Position numbers and translations under genes: made by a program
Notes under the pieces: model-generated
What the model was told of the DNA's origin: nothing
The model's input: the letters and a program-made list of their open reading frames with translations, nothing else
Database searches by the model: none
Origin: an uncultured Gemmataceae bacterium
GTDB lineage: Bacteria; Planctomycetota; Planctomycetia; Gemmatales; Gemmataceae
DNA: 64,000 nucleotides
Reading direction: 5' to 3'
Assembly: GCA_963750165.1 (NCBI GenBank)
Contig: CAVVPN010000011.1
Location: 1,344,001 to 1,408,000, forward strand
In this document: positions 1 through 11,046 of the stretch, in pieces
Position numbering within the stretch: the stretch's first letter is position 1
How the letters are laid out: every line of letters begins with the position of its first letter

Positions 1-436
1 CGGCCGCTGGAGTCGCCTGTCCAGTTCGCCGCACAGGTGAGCCCCGATCAAGGCCGGTTGGCCGCGCCGCGCAGCGGCGTCCGTCCGGCGACGCCAAGAA
101 ATCGGCCCACGGCGGCATCTTTTCGCTTGCATTTGCGGGCGAATTGCTTAACCTCATACCAATCAGTTTAAGTCGTCGCCCAGGCTCGAACGCTGCACAG
201 CGTTACCCGGCACGGAGTTGCGGTGACGCTGGGTCGAACTCCCCACTCGACTTGCTTTCGCTGATACCACCGCTGACCGCGGTGTGGGAAACGGTGCCGC
301 CCTGCCCAACGCCCCGACAAACCATCCCCCGGCTATTCGGCTTGGAAGCCCCGCCCGACTGCGATGGTGTCGTCCCCACGACACCAGGTTTCACAACAAC
401 TGACCTGCGGTGCCCCCACACGTTTCGGAGTTGGCG

Positions 437-1069
437 ATGTTCAAGTTCTCCCTGGCGACGGCGAGTGCCTGGTTCCTGCTCTGCTTCACCCCAGCCCCCC
501 TGTGGGCCGGCATGATTACCTACAACTTCACAACCACCCAGGTCAACTCCGGCGGTCCCTTGTCGGTCACTTTTTCCGTCTCGGACTCCGTCCTGGCCAG
601 CGGTGTGCTCACTGGCAGTGATATTATCCCGGGCAGCCTCATGGGAACCTCCGCCACCTTTCCCGGGATCGTTTTCGACCAGAACGAGACGAACCCGAGC
701 GGATCCATCGACAACCTCGACCCGACGACTGGCCTCCCGACCAGCGCGAGCGATAGCACCCTGGAGTTGGTCCTCTACACCACCACCATCCCGGGCGCTG
801 AACTCGATGTCAGTTTCAGCAGCGCGAACACCACTCAGACTGAAGTGGGATACACGACGATCGAGGGGAGCGAAATCGATAACGTGCAGGGCTACTGGAC
901 CTCCACCATCACCACGACGGCGGTCCCGGAGCCGGGTTGCCTCACGCTGGCGTTGCTGGGCATCGGCGGTCTGACCGGGACCTGGCTGACGCGTCGCGCC
1001 GGCAACGGCGGGCGCCGGCCGGCACGGTCAGACGTGGGCAGGCGTCCTTTGGCCAATCGGGGGGTGTGA
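437..1069 (+). CDS. PEP-CTERM sorting-domain surface protein
   Basis: GGAG at 427-430 before ATG 437; signal peptide; Ser/Thr-rich body; C-terminal VPEP-G-hydrophobic helix-RR motif. Confidence 0.85.
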   Translation: MFKFSLATASAWFLLCFTPAPLWAGMITYNFTTTQVNSGGPLSVTFSVSDSVLASGVLTGSDIIPGSLMGTSATFPGIVFDQNETNPSGSIDNLDPTTGLPTSASDSTLELVLYTTTIPGAELDVSFSSANTTQTEVGYTTIEGSEIDNVQGYWTSTITTTAVPEPGCLTLALLGIGGLTGTWLTRRAGNGGRRPARSDVGRRPLANRGV

Positions 1070-1232
1070 GAAACGTGAGATGAAACGGCAACTTCTTAGC
1101 TATCAATAGGTTATTTCATCTTGCCTTCGTGGCCGCCCGGGGAAGCATGTATAATCTCATTCTACCGCCTTACCGCCCCAACCGCCCAAGCGAGGTGCCC
1201 TCCACCAACCTCCGTGACCAAGGAACGACCGC

Positions 1233-2663
1233 ATGGCCACTGCACGACCGTCTCCCCCCTGTCCCGGCGTGATGGACCGCCGCACCTGGCTAAAGCTCGG
1301 CGGCCTGAGCATCGGCGCCCTCGTCACCGGCCTGCAACCCAACCTGGCGCGGCTGTTCGCCGCGGTGGAGGCCCAGGGCGGACGGTCGCTCAGTCGTGAC
1401 TTCTCCGTCATCCTGTTCTGGGCCAACGGCGGCCCGAGTCACATCGATACGTTCGACCTCAAACCGAACGCCCCCGCGGAAATCCGCGGCCCATTCCGGC
1501 CCACCGCCACCAACGTGCCCGGCATCGCCATCAACGAACACCTGCCGCGCCTGGCCGGGATGGCCGACAAGTTCACGCTTCTGCGCAGCCTGCACCACCG
1601 CCGTGCCGAGCACTCCGGCGGCACCCACCGCTTCCTGACCGGCTACCCCTCGGTGGCGGCGAACCTGCAGCACGCCGAGTACCCGGACATCGGCTCGGTG
1701 GTCGCCCGCGAGCTGGAGGGCCAGGCCGGCGCGGTGCCGCTGTACGTGGGCAACACCAAGTTCTACGGCGGTGGCCCCGGCTACCTCGGCTCCGGTTACG
1801 CGCCGTTCATGCCCAACCCCAACCCGATCACCTCCACCGGCGCCAACACCTACGACCCGGTGCCGCTGTACCTTACCGACGCCACGCGGGAAAACCTGTC
1901 GCTGTCCGCCGAGGGGACGCTGACGCTGCGCCGCAGGCACGCCCTGCTGCAAAGTCTCGACGCGCTGCCGCGGCAGCTGGACCATCCCGAACGGCTGGCG
2001 GCCTTCGACCGTTTCCAGCGGCGGGCGGTGGAATTGCTGGCCGGCCAGCAGGTCCGCACGGCGTTCGATCTGTCGCGCGAGCAGCCCCGGGTGCGCGACC
2101 GCTACGGCAATACCGACTGGGGCCAGAGCCTGCTGACGGCACGGCGCCTGGTGGAAGCGGGCGTGCGGTTCGTGCAGTGCCAGGCCAACTTCCGCCTCCG
2201 CCCCGACACCGGCCGCACCACCACCTGGGACGACCACTCGGTTAACTGCCACATCTTCGAGGCGTATGCGGAACGCTTCCCGATCCTTGACCAGGCCGTG
2301 TCGGCGCTGATCGAGGATCTGGTGCAGCGCGGCCTGGATCGGCGGGTGCTGTTCATCTTCTGTGGCGAGTTCGGCCGCACGCCGCGCATCGAGTACCAGG
2401 ACACCAGCCGCCGCCCGGGCCGCGACCACTGGCCGCGCGCCATGAGCGTGCTGGTGGCCGGTGGCGGTCTGCGCATGGGCCAGGTGGTGGGTGCGACCAA
2501 CCCGCGCGGCGAGGAGCCGACGCTGCGGCCGATGGACAGTAACTGTCTGCTCGCCACGATCTACCACCGCTTCGGCATTGACGTGAACCGGCTCTACCAC
2601 GACCGCGCCGGCCGGCCCATTCCGATCCTGCAGCACGGCGAGCCCATTGCCGAATTGCTGTGA
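1233..2663 (+). CDS. DUF1501 domain-containing protein (Tat-like N-terminus; start may be 1272)
   Basis: DRRTWLKLG; GGPSHIDTFDLKP; GEFGRTP; GRDHWP motifs. Confidence 0.9.
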   Translation: MATARPSPPCPGVMDRRTWLKLGGLSIGALVTGLQPNLARLFAAVEAQGGRSLSRDFSVILFWANGGPSHIDTFDLKPNAPAEIRGPFRPTATNVPGIAINEHLPRLAGMADKFTLLRSLHHRRAEHSGGTHRFLTGYPSVAANLQHAEYPDIGSVVARELEGQAGAVPLYVGNTKFYGGGPGYLGSGYAPFMPNPNPITSTGANTYDPVPLYLTDATRENLSLSAEGTLTLRRRHALLQSLDALPRQLDHPERLAAFDRFQRRAVELLAGQQVRTAFDLSREQPRVRDRYGNTDWGQSLLTARRLVEAGVRFVQCQANFRLRPDTGRTTTWDDHSVNCHIFEAYAERFPILDQAVSALIEDLVQRGLDRRVLFIFCGEFGRTPRIEYQDTSRRPGRDHWPRAMSVLVAGGGLRMGQVVGATNPRGEEPTLRPMDSNCLLATIYHRFGIDVNRLYHDRAGRPIPILQHGEPIAELL

Positions 2664-2743
2664 GGAGCGCCCCGCGGTAAATTGAACTGAAAGGCAACCA
2701 CGCTCCCGATTCCGGGTCGCCGGGAACGTGATTCACGTCCGAG

Positions 2744-2798
2744 TGACCCCGTTTACGTTTCGCGCGGGCAGTGTCCGCGCGAAACGTAAACGGGGTCA
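2744..2798. repeat. 27-bp inverted repeat between convergent genes (REP-like or bidirectional terminator)
   Basis: TGACCCCGTTTACGTTTCGCGCGGGCA vs TGTCCGCGCGAAACGTAAACGGGGTCA, one mismatch. Confidence 0.8.
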
Positions 2799-2818
2799 GC
2801 GGGGCGCCGGTCGCTCTG

Positions 2819-4111
2819 TTACACTTGCGGCTCCCACCCCTTCTGATACTCCCGGGTCCACAACGCCTGGGCGGCCTTGTCGTCCAGGATGGTGCCGTCA
2901 CGGGCGCTGCAGCGCAGGGCGCGGCCAGTGCGATGCGCGATGTTGCCCAGGTGGCACAGCAGCGTCGATTTGTGGCCCCCCTCAATCTCGCTGTTCAGAC
3001 GGCCGCCCGTGCGCACCGCGGCCAGGAAGTTGGCGAAGTGATGGCCGTCGCTGACCTGCACTTTCTCGCGCCGCACCTCCTTGCCCGCGGGGTCGTAAAT
3101 CGTGTAATTGCTGTCCGACAGGGCCAGCCTGCCGCCGGTGCCGTGGAACAGCACGAAGAACGCTGCGTTCTGCTGCCGGCTGCAACTCAGCCCTTCCCAG
3201 GTGATCTGCTTGCGGCCGTCGAACTCGAAGCTGACGACGTGCGTGTCCGGCGTCTCCTGGTCGTCGTCGTGGCGGTAGTGGCCGCCGGAGGAGCTGACGC
3301 GCACCGGGTAGTCCACGCCCAGCCCCCAGCGGCACAGGTCGATGGTGTGGACGCCGTTGTTGCCCAGCTCACCGTTGCCCCAGTGCCAGAACCAGTGCCA
3401 GGTGTAGGGCAGGTAATTGGTGTGGAAGGCCCGCCGCGGCGCTGGCCCCTGCCACAGGTCGTAGTCCAGCCCCTTGGGCACTGGCGCCTCCTTGCCGCGG
3501 CCGATCGACGGCCGGTTGTTGTTGTACCACGACTGGGCCAGGTAGACGCGGCCGATCACGCCCTTGTGCAGCTCCTCCATGGCCCGCTGGACGCCGGCGG
3601 AACTGCGCCTCTGGTTGCCCATCTGCACCATTTTCTTGTGCTTACGGGCCGCCTGCACCAGCAACTCGCCCTCGCGGGGGTTGTAGCTGCACGGCTTCTC
3701 GACGTAGACGTGCTTGCCGGCGGCGATGGCCAGCAGCGCGGCGGGCGCGTGCCAGTGGTTCGGCGTGGCGATCACGACGGCGTTGACGGTCTTGTCGTCG
3801 AAGACACGGCGCAGGTCGGTGACCACCTTCGGCGCCCGTCCGCCAGTGACCTTGGCCACCGCCTGCGACGCCCGGTCGGCGCGGCCCTGGTCCACGTCGC
3901 AGACGTAGTTCACGTCCACGTTCGGCTGCCGCTGGAAGGCCTGGGCCAGTCCGGTGCCGCGACCGCCGGTGCCGATGATGGCGATGGACAGACGATCATT
4001 GCCGCCCTGGACTGGCGCCGCCTCGGCCGCCCCGGTCAGGTGCAGTGCCGCCCCCGTGGCCGCGGCCGTGGCCAGAAACTCGCGACGCCCCAGATGCTCT
4101 GACGCGCTCAT
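2819..4111 (-). CDS. Gfo/Idh/MocA family oxidoreductase, Tat-exported
   Basis: GRREFL Tat motif; IIGTGGRG; ATPNHWH; GKHVYVEKP; start trimmed to MSASEH. Confidence 0.9.
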   Translation of the reverse strand: MSASEHLGRREFLATAAATGAALHLTGAAEAAPVQGGNDRLSIAIIGTGGRGTGLAQAFQRQPNVDVNYVCDVDQGRADRASQAVAKVTGGRAPKVVTDLRRVFDDKTVNAVVIATPNHWHAPAALLAIAAGKHVYVEKPCSYNPREGELLVQAARKHKKMVQMGNQRRSSAGVQRAMEELHKGVIGRVYLAQSWYNNNRPSIGRGKEAPVPKGLDYDLWQGPAPRRAFHTNYLPYTWHWFWHWGNGELGNNGVHTIDLCRWGLGVDYPVRVSSSGGHYRHDDDQETPDTHVVSFEFDGRKQITWEGLSCSRQQNAAFFVLFHGTGGRLALSDSNYTIYDPAGKEVRREKVQVSDGHHFANFLAAVRTGGRLNSEIEGGHKSTLLCHLGNIAHRTGRALRCSARDGTILDDKAAQALWTREYQKGWEPQV

Positions 4112-4338
4112 GGTTGTCTCTCCGAGATGATGGTTCGGCCCCCGCCGGGCACGGCCCGCAAGTCGCGACCGGATTGGGCTTGCTTTCCAATCATTAAACC
4201 CGATGGCGGCGCCGCTGTCCAATTCGGAATCGCCACGATCCTGAAGGAGTTGGTGTTCGGCCTCACCGGGATTCGCTAATAAACCGGAGTACGACTTGCG
4301 AGTGGCAGGTCCGGTCTGAGCGAAACGGGAGAACCGCA

Positions 4339-5037
4339 ATGAAGAACCTGGCATGGTGCGTCGCCCTGGCAGCCGCCCTGGCGACCCCGGCGGCGGCGCG
4401 GGCGGGCGACGGACCCATCAAGTTGAAGAAGGGCGAGCGCATCATCTTCCTGGGCGACTCGATCACCGCGGGCGGCGTCAGCCCCAAGGGCTACGTCACC
4501 CTCATCAAGAAGGCGCTGGCCGAGCGGCAGAAGGATCTGGGCATTGAGGTCATTGGGGCCGGCATCAGCGGTAACAAGGTGCCCGACCTGCAGAAGCGCC
4601 TGGACCGCGACGTGCTCAAGCGGAAGCCGACCCTCGTGGTCATCTACATCGGCATCAACGATGTCTGGCACGGCGAGAACGACCCCAAACGCGGCACCTC
4701 CCCGGAGAGGTTCGAGGAAGGGCTGAAGGACATCATCACCCAGATCAAGGGCGCCGGGGCCAACGTCCTGCTGTGTACACCGACGGTCATCGGCGAGAAG
4801 CTCAACGGCAAGAACAAGCTCGATGCCAAGCTCAACGAGTACAGCGCCATCAGCCGCAAGGTGGCGAAGGCGATGAAGGTGCATCTGTGCGACCTGCGCA
4901 GGGAGTTCACGGACTACCTGACCAAGAACAATGCCAAGGACCAGGAGCGCGGTGTGCTGACCAGCGACCGGGTCCACCTGAACGAGGCCGGCAACCGCTT
5001 CGTGGCCGAGGCCATGCTCAAGTGCCTGGGACAGTAG
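4339..5037 (+). CDS. SGNH/GDSL hydrolase
   Basis: FLGDSIT, GISG, GIND, DRVHLN blocks; signal peptide. Confidence 0.9.
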   Translation: MKNLAWCVALAAALATPAAARAGDGPIKLKKGERIIFLGDSITAGGVSPKGYVTLIKKALAERQKDLGIEVIGAGISGNKVPDLQKRLDRDVLKRKPTLVVIYIGINDVWHGENDPKRGTSPERFEEGLKDIITQIKGAGANVLLCTPTVIGEKLNGKNKLDAKLNEYSAISRKVAKAMKVHLCDLRREFTDYLTKNNAKDQERGVLTSDRVHLNEAGNRFVAEAMLKCLGQ

Positions 5038-5054
5038 CCGGACAAAATACCAAT

Positions 5055-5118
5055 CACGAAAACGCGACAGAATCGATTTGTCTTTTTCGTGTTTTCGTTC
5101 TTTCGCGTTTTCGTGATT
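5055..5118. repeat. Imperfect AT-rich inverted repeat between convergent genes
   Basis: CACGAAAACGCGA...TCGCGTTTTCGTG with internal TTTTCG units. Confidence 0.6.
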
Positions 5119-5123
5119 CGTCT

Positions 5124-5855
5124 TTATTTGTTCCAGAGCCGCTCCATGAGCGCGTAAATCTCGGGCTCCTCGCGGCGCAGCTCGGCGCGGTTGAAGGGGA
5201 AGAAATCGTTGGTGCCGAAATACACCTCGGTCATCTCGGCGAAGAACTCCTGCGGGTTGGTCAGGCCGTAGTGCTTCACGAGCTTGCCGTTGATGTGCAG
5301 CACCTTGTCGTAGCGGCCGCTCGCCTTGAATTTCTTCCAGGCGGCCGCGATCTCCAGATGATCGAAGCCCAGCACCTGATCGTGGTAGGCGTGCGCCAGT
5401 TCGTGCAGCACCGACCACGGCTGCACACGCTGGTGCCTGGCGCTGGCCCACTCCGCGACATCGGGGATGTGGACGCCCTTCGCCATTTTGGGGTCGTAGC
5501 CGTGGGCCTTGAGCCAGCGCACGTCGGGGTGGTACTGCGCCGGCTTCAGCTTGCCGTGCGTGCGGTCAAACCAGATCGGCACTTTTTGCAGGCGTGCCAC
5601 CTTGTCCGCGGGCAGGGCGAGCTTGATGTCCACCAGTCGCAGCGTGAGCAGTTGCAGGGCGCGCTTGCCCAGGTCCGCGTCCGGCCCCTGGAGCAGACGT
5701 TCATCCACGTGAACGGTCCAGCCCTCGACGGTGTGAACGACGTGCTTGCCCGGTTTCGGCGGCGGATCGCCGGCAGCGGCCGTCAGGGGCGCGAACAAGG
5801 GTACGGTCAGCAGCAGCACGCGGGCGGTACGCCAGCTTCGGTTCACGGTTGGCAC
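5124..5855 (-). CDS. Secreted zinc metallopeptidase (gluzincin-like)
   Basis: VLHELAHAYH (HExxH) plus downstream NPQEFFAE; signal peptide. Confidence 0.8.
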   Translation of the reverse strand: MPTVNRSWRTARVLLLTVPLFAPLTAAAGDPPPKPGKHVVHTVEGWTVHVDERLLQGPDADLGKRALQLLTLRLVDIKLALPADKVARLQKVPIWFDRTHGKLKPAQYHPDVRWLKAHGYDPKMAKGVHIPDVAEWASARHQRVQPWSVLHELAHAYHDQVLGFDHLEIAAAWKKFKASGRYDKVLHINGKLVKHYGLTNPQEFFAEMTEVYFGTNDFFPFNRAELRREEPEIYALMERLWNK

Positions 5856-5912
5856 TCCAGCGGGACAGAAGGGACCGGCCTGTCACCTGGCGACAGGTCA
5901 AAGAAGGGCGCT

Positions 5913-7784
5913 TCACGGTCCCAGGTAGATGTATCCATAGTTCGATGGCACGAGGAGCCGGGCGAAGTCGCCGTCGTTGGCGATGTTGACCACGAGCGGC
6001 CCGACGCCGTTCGGGTTCTCGTCAATACTCTCACGGTAGGCGCCCTGCTTCGGGAACGGAACCCAAATCTCCTTGGTTGCCGAACTGAAGTTCAGGACCA
6101 CCATTGCGATCTGCTCCGACTGGTCCGCCGTCGCCGGGGCGCGCCGATGGTACGCGACAATGCCGTCGCCGGGCCGGGACTGCTGGTTGTAGTAAAACGA
6201 TGAGCGACTACGGAGCGCGCGGTTGTTGCGGCGGAGACGACCGAGGATCCGATGCAAGCGGATCAGGGCCTGCCCTTGCTCGTCATAGAAGTAACGCCAT
6301 TCCATCGTCCGGCGAAAATGGATGCGCAAATCTCCCGAGGGCGGCAGCACATAGTTATCACCGAACTCCTGCCCCTCCCACAGCATCGGTACCCCCTGGC
6401 ACGTGTAGAGCGCGATCGCGTACGGCTGCAACCGATATGATTGGCTGCGATCCGCGTACGCCGCCTGGGCGCTATTATCGTCGTCGCGTGAATGGTCGAT
6501 GTAGCGGATCAGGAAACTGTGATCGTGTGAGTTGATGTACTGGAACGGCGCCACCGGCACGTCCTGGCCGTTCATGCTTTGCGTGTTCGGGTAGCCGCGA
6601 AACAACGGATCGAGGATGTGGCACAGGTCGTCGTCCACGGCTTGCAAGCGCAGCGTGTCCTCGGCCTTGTTGAGCAGGTCATTCTGCCAGGTCGCATTGG
6701 TGTAAGTTTGTCGGAGAATACCCTGGGGGTCGTTGAGATCCTCGGCCACCTGGAGCAGCCCACTGTAGCCGGCCGCCGTTTGAAAGCGCGGCATCGTCAA
6801 CGAATCCTGATAGGTATTGAAGACGAGGGTGCCATATTTTTTGGTCGGGTCGCCATCATAAAAGCCCGGCACGTAGTCGTAACGGAAGCCGTCCACGTGA
6901 AAGCTGTCGAGCCAGTAGTGATTGACCGCCTGAAAATAGTCGAGGCTAAACGGACTGGTGAAATCGACCTCGGGGCCGAACGGCCCATCCTTCCCATTCT
7001 TCTGGGGTAATATCATGGGACTGGGCAGGCCCAGCGTGCGGTAAACCTTGCAGTAGGCGAAGTCCGTATCGACGTGCTGGTAAACGGAGTCGAGGATGAC
7101 GGCCATGTTCTGCGCATGGCACAGATCGATCAGGCGGCGCAGACCGTCGCCGTGGCCGAAGCGATCGCGCGGCGCAAAAAAATGCAACGGACCGTAACCC
7201 CAGTCGAAGTCCATCTTCAAACTCGTGACCGGCATCAACTCCAGACAGTTGACGCCGAGCCCCGCCAGGTAGTTTAGCCGGTCACCCACACCGTCGAACG
7301 TGTCGTTGAACTGCTCGACCTGCAGTTCGTAAACGATGAGAGCGTCCAGGGCGGGCGTCTTGTAGGCGGCGTCGGTCCACTGCGGCGTTGGCGGCGCCTC
7401 AGTATCGAAGAGCGCCAGGCTGGCTTCACCGGCCTCGCGGGCGAACGGATCGGTGAACCATTGTACCTTCACCTGGCCGCTTTGGAGCAGTTGAAAGCGG
7501 TAGAGATAGCGGCCGGGTTGGCCAAAGCTGCCCGGGCCAGCCGCACCGGCCGTCAGATCGATCACCACGCTCCAGAGGTCGTAATCGCCCGGCCGGCTCC
7601 AGGTCATGGGAAAATCGCGGGCCGGCACGTCGGGATCGAATTGATCGTCCTCGTGAATGACACGCGCGACCACCTGGACGTTGTCGGCCGCCGTGATTCC
7701 CGGCAGGTAAACCCCCAGCTGCACCAGCCGATGACCGGCAGCGCTGACGGAGGGATGGGCGCCTACCTGGTTCATGTCGATCAT
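5913..7784 (-). CDS. GH13 alpha-amylase family protein (branching enzyme / trehalohydrolase-like)
   Basis: LELMPV, WGYGP, VILDSVYQH, DGFRYD, AED, NSHD conserved GH13 regions; start uncertain (7775-7820). Confidence 0.85.
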   Translation of the reverse strand: MIDMNQVGAHPSVSAAGHRLVQLGVYLPGITAADNVQVVARVIHEDDQFDPDVPARDFPMTWSRPGDYDLWSVVIDLTAGAAGPGSFGQPGRYLYRFQLLQSGQVKVQWFTDPFAREAGEASLALFDTEAPPTPQWTDAAYKTPALDALIVYELQVEQFNDTFDGVGDRLNYLAGLGVNCLELMPVTSLKMDFDWGYGPLHFFAPRDRFGHGDGLRRLIDLCHAQNMAVILDSVYQHVDTDFAYCKVYRTLGLPSPMILPQKNGKDGPFGPEVDFTSPFSLDYFQAVNHYWLDSFHVDGFRYDYVPGFYDGDPTKKYGTLVFNTYQDSLTMPRFQTAAGYSGLLQVAEDLNDPQGILRQTYTNATWQNDLLNKAEDTLRLQAVDDDLCHILDPLFRGYPNTQSMNGQDVPVAPFQYINSHDHSFLIRYIDHSRDDDNSAQAAYADRSQSYRLQPYAIALYTCQGVPMLWEGQEFGDNYVLPPSGDLRIHFRRTMEWRYFYDEQGQALIRLHRILGRLRRNNRALRSRSSFYYNQQSRPGDGIVAYHRRAPATADQSEQIAMVVLNFSSATKEIWVPFPKQGAYRESIDENPNGVGPLVVNIANDGDFARLLVPSNYGYIYLGP

Positions 7785-8007
7785 GGAAATCTCGGCCTTT
7801 CCCCTTGCGGAATGTGGCAAAACTGGCTTACCATTCGATGGCAGCTATACTACCCGGCGAACGTCCGCTCGACGAGCCACAGGGGCGATCCTTGATTTCT
7901 CACGCCAACTGGCTGAAACAACCCATCAGGGTGCCGGGTATTTTGGAATGGTCTCCGTTCGATTACGATGCGGGAAACTCGACACAACAGGGAAGGAGGA
8001 TGCCGCC

Positions 8008-9657
8008 ATGCGTTCTCGTCTTGGGTGCTTCGTAAGCCTGGCAGTGCTACTGGCCTGCCCGCTCGCCGCCGGGGCACAGCCGCCGGCCAAAAACGCCAGC
8101 GCGCGCGACGCGCAGGTTCTGGCCGAAAAGATTGACTGGTATCTCGCCGGTCACTGGGCCGGCGCCCGCGTCCAGCCGGCGGCGCCGGCCAGCGACGCCG
8201 AATTCCTGCGCCGCCTCTATCTCGACCTGGCCGGTCGCATCCCGACCATCGCCGAGGCACGGGCCTTCCTCGCCGACCAACGCCCCGACCGCCGTGCTCG
8301 CCTCGTCGAGCGACTGCTGGCCAGCCCGCGCTACGTCACGCACTTCACCAACGTCTGGCGCGCGTTGCTCATCCCCGAGGCCAACAACAATTTCATCGTC
8401 CGTCTGCAACAAGAAAGCTTCGAGTCGTGGCTGAAGCAGCGCGTGGCCACCAACGTCGGCTACGACCAGCTGGCCCGCGACCTGATCGAGGCACCGATCC
8501 AGGCCAGTGGCCTCGGGCCCGCGGCGTTCACCGGCGGCGGCGGCCCCAGCCCGTTGGCGTTCTACTCCGCCAAGGAATTCCAGCCCGAAAACCTGGCGGC
8601 CGGCACCGCCCGCATCTTCCTCGGCGTCAGTGTCGAGTGCGCCCAGTGCCACAACCACCCCTTCGCCAAGTGGAGGCGCGATCAGTTCTGGAGCTTCGCC
8701 GCCTTCTACTCCGGCGTGCAGTCGCAGCGCGTCATGGACTTCCTGTTGCCCGGTAAGGACATCGCGGATCGCAAGGAGATCAAAATCCCCGGCACCGACA
8801 AGGTCGTCCAGGCCAAGTACCTCGACGAGAGTCAGCCGAACTGGAAGGCCAACCTCACCACGCGCAAGACGCTGGCCGAATGGGTGACCGCCCCCGCCAA
8901 CCCCTACTTCAGCCGCACCGCTGTCAACCGCACCTGGGCCTACTTCTTCGGCACCGGCCTGGTTGAGCCCGTCGATGAGATGGTCGGTGCCAACACGGTC
9001 GCCAGCCATCCCGTGCTGCTCGACCTGCTCGCCCGTGAGTTTGCCGAGCACAAATTCGATGTGAAGTTCCTGATCCGGGCCATCACTGCGACGCGCGCCT
9101 ATCAACTCACCAGCGCCGGCAAGGACAAGAAGCTGGACGACCCGACGCTGGTGGCGCGGATGCCCCTGCGCGGCCTGACGCCGGAGCAGTTCTTCGACAG
9201 CCTGGTGACGGCCACCGGGTTCCGCGACAGCGGCAGCAGCGGCAACGACCTGCTCAGCGCCATCACCGGCGGCGCCAAGTCCGCGCGCAGCCAGTTCCTG
9301 AGCAAGTTCGGCAACCAGACCGAGCGCCCCACCAAGGCACAGATGTCCATCCTGCAAGCGTTGTCGCTGATGAACGGCAAGGTCATCAGCGACGCCACCT
9401 CGTTGGAGAACAGCGAGACGTTGACGGCCCTGCTCGACGCCCCGTTCCTGAGCACCAGCCAGCGCGTCGAGGCCCTTTACCTGGCAGTGCTGGCGCGTCA
9501 GCCGAATTCCAGGGAACTGGAACGGTCGGTGCGCTTCGTCGAGGAGACGGCCCAGGCCACGAAGGGCGACGCGGCCCGCCGTGCCGCCTATAACAACGCT
9601 GTCGCCGATGTCTTTTGGGCGCTGCTCAATACCTCCGAATTTAGCCTGAACCATTAA
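8008..9657 (+). CDS. DUF1549/DUF1553 domain protein
   Basis: AGGAGG RBS; DAEFLRRLYLDLAGRIP; ECAQCHNHPF; NPYFSRTAVNR; C-terminal EFSLNH. Confidence 0.9.
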   Translation: MRSRLGCFVSLAVLLACPLAAGAQPPAKNASARDAQVLAEKIDWYLAGHWAGARVQPAAPASDAEFLRRLYLDLAGRIPTIAEARAFLADQRPDRRARLVERLLASPRYVTHFTNVWRALLIPEANNNFIVRLQQESFESWLKQRVATNVGYDQLARDLIEAPIQASGLGPAAFTGGGGPSPLAFYSAKEFQPENLAAGTARIFLGVSVECAQCHNHPFAKWRRDQFWSFAAFYSGVQSQRVMDFLLPGKDIADRKEIKIPGTDKVVQAKYLDESQPNWKANLTTRKTLAEWVTAPANPYFSRTAVNRTWAYFFGTGLVEPVDEMVGANTVASHPVLLDLLAREFAEHKFDVKFLIRAITATRAYQLTSAGKDKKLDDPTLVARMPLRGLTPEQFFDSLVTATGFRDSGSSGNDLLSAITGGAKSARSQFLSKFGNQTERPTKAQMSILQALSLMNGKVISDATSLENSETLTALLDAPFLSTSQRVEALYLAVLARQPNSRELERSVRFVEETAQATKGDAARRAAYNNAVADVFWALLNTSEFSLNH

Positions 9658-9679
9658 TCCTCAGCAGGAGACTCAACGC

Positions 9680-11046
9680 ATGTCATCTAACAGTTCGAAT
9701 CGCGCGGCACTCACGCGCCGCGATTGGCTCCAGCTGTCGGCGGCGGGCGTGGTCGGTTATTCGCTGTCCGGTTGGCTGCCGCGCCTTGCGGCCCAGGCGG
9801 GCAACAACCCGCGGCGGCACCGCTCGTGCATCCTGTTGTGGATGAACGGCGGCCCGAGCCAGATGGACACCTTCGATTTGAAGCCCGGCACCGACAACGG
9901 CGGCCCCGTCCGCGAGATTCCGACCAGCGTGCCCGGCATCCGCATCAGCGAACACCTGCCGCGCGTGGCTCGCCAAATGAACGACCTCGCCATCATCCGC
10001 TCCATGAGCAGCCGCGAGGCCGACCACGGCCGGGCCACTTACCAGATGCGCACCGGCTACCTGCCGGGCGGCCCGGTCCAGTATCCGACGCTCGGGTCGC
10101 TGTTCTCCAAGGAACTGGAGCGGCCCGGCGCCGAACTGCCGAACTTCGTCAGCATCGCACCGTACCCGTTCTTCAGCCCGGCGGCCTACGCTCCTGGCTT
10201 CCTTGGTCCGCAGTACGCCCCGCTCGTGCTCGCCGGCGACCGGCAGGCGCTGCTGCCGATTCCCAACCAGCAGTCCAACTATCAGGCGGACCTGCAGGTG
10301 CAGGACCTCGAATTGCCCGACGAGGTCAGTGCCGGCCGCGCCGCGCCCGGTTGCAACTGCTCGACGAGATGGAAGGCGACTTCCTTGAAGAGCACGGCGG
10401 GCTGCCGGCACTGGGCCATCGCACCGCCTACCAGCACGCGGTCACGCTGATGCGTTCCACGGCGCGGCGTGCCTTCAACCTGGACGAGGAGCCGGCGCGG
10501 CTGCGCGACCGCTACGGCCGCAACCTGTTCGGCCAGGGCTGTCTGCTGGCGCGGCGGTTGATCGAGCGCGGCGTGCCGTTCGTCGAGGTGTCGCTGGCGA
10601 CGGTGGGCAACCTGGCCCTGGGCTGGGACACCCACATCAATAACTTCGCCGCCGTCCGCCAGATGAGTGCGGTGCTCGATCCGGCCTGGGCCACGCTGAT
10701 GGACGATCTGCGGGGGCGCGGCCTGCTCGACAGCACGCTGATCGTGTGGATGGGCGAATTCGGCCGCACGCCGCGCATCAACCCGCAGCAGGGCCGCGAT
10801 CACTGGGCCAACGCCTGGACGACCGTGCTGGGCGGCGGCGGCATTCGTGGCGGCCAGGCCATCGGCCGCACCAGCGCCGACGGCACCACGGTCGAGGCCG
10901 AGCGGCCCACCTCCGTGCCGGACTTCATCGCCACCATTGCCACCGCCCTCGGCCTCGATCTGACCGCCCAGAACATCTCCAACGTCGCTCGCCCCATCCG
11001 TCTCGTCGATGCCAGCGGCCGGCCGATCCGGGAGGTGCTCCGATGA
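9680..11046 (+). CDS. DUF1501 protein, split by a frameshift near 10342 (probable sequencing error)
   Basis: N-half in 9680 frame (GGPSQMDTFDLKP); C-half in 9724 frame (GEFGRTP, GRDHW). Confidence 0.85.

Noticed and set aside
279..325. Cobalamin riboswitch (GGGAAACGGTG...CTGCCC)
   Set aside because: Only a short resemblance; no GCAACTGT or B12-box elements, and the downstream gene is unrelated.
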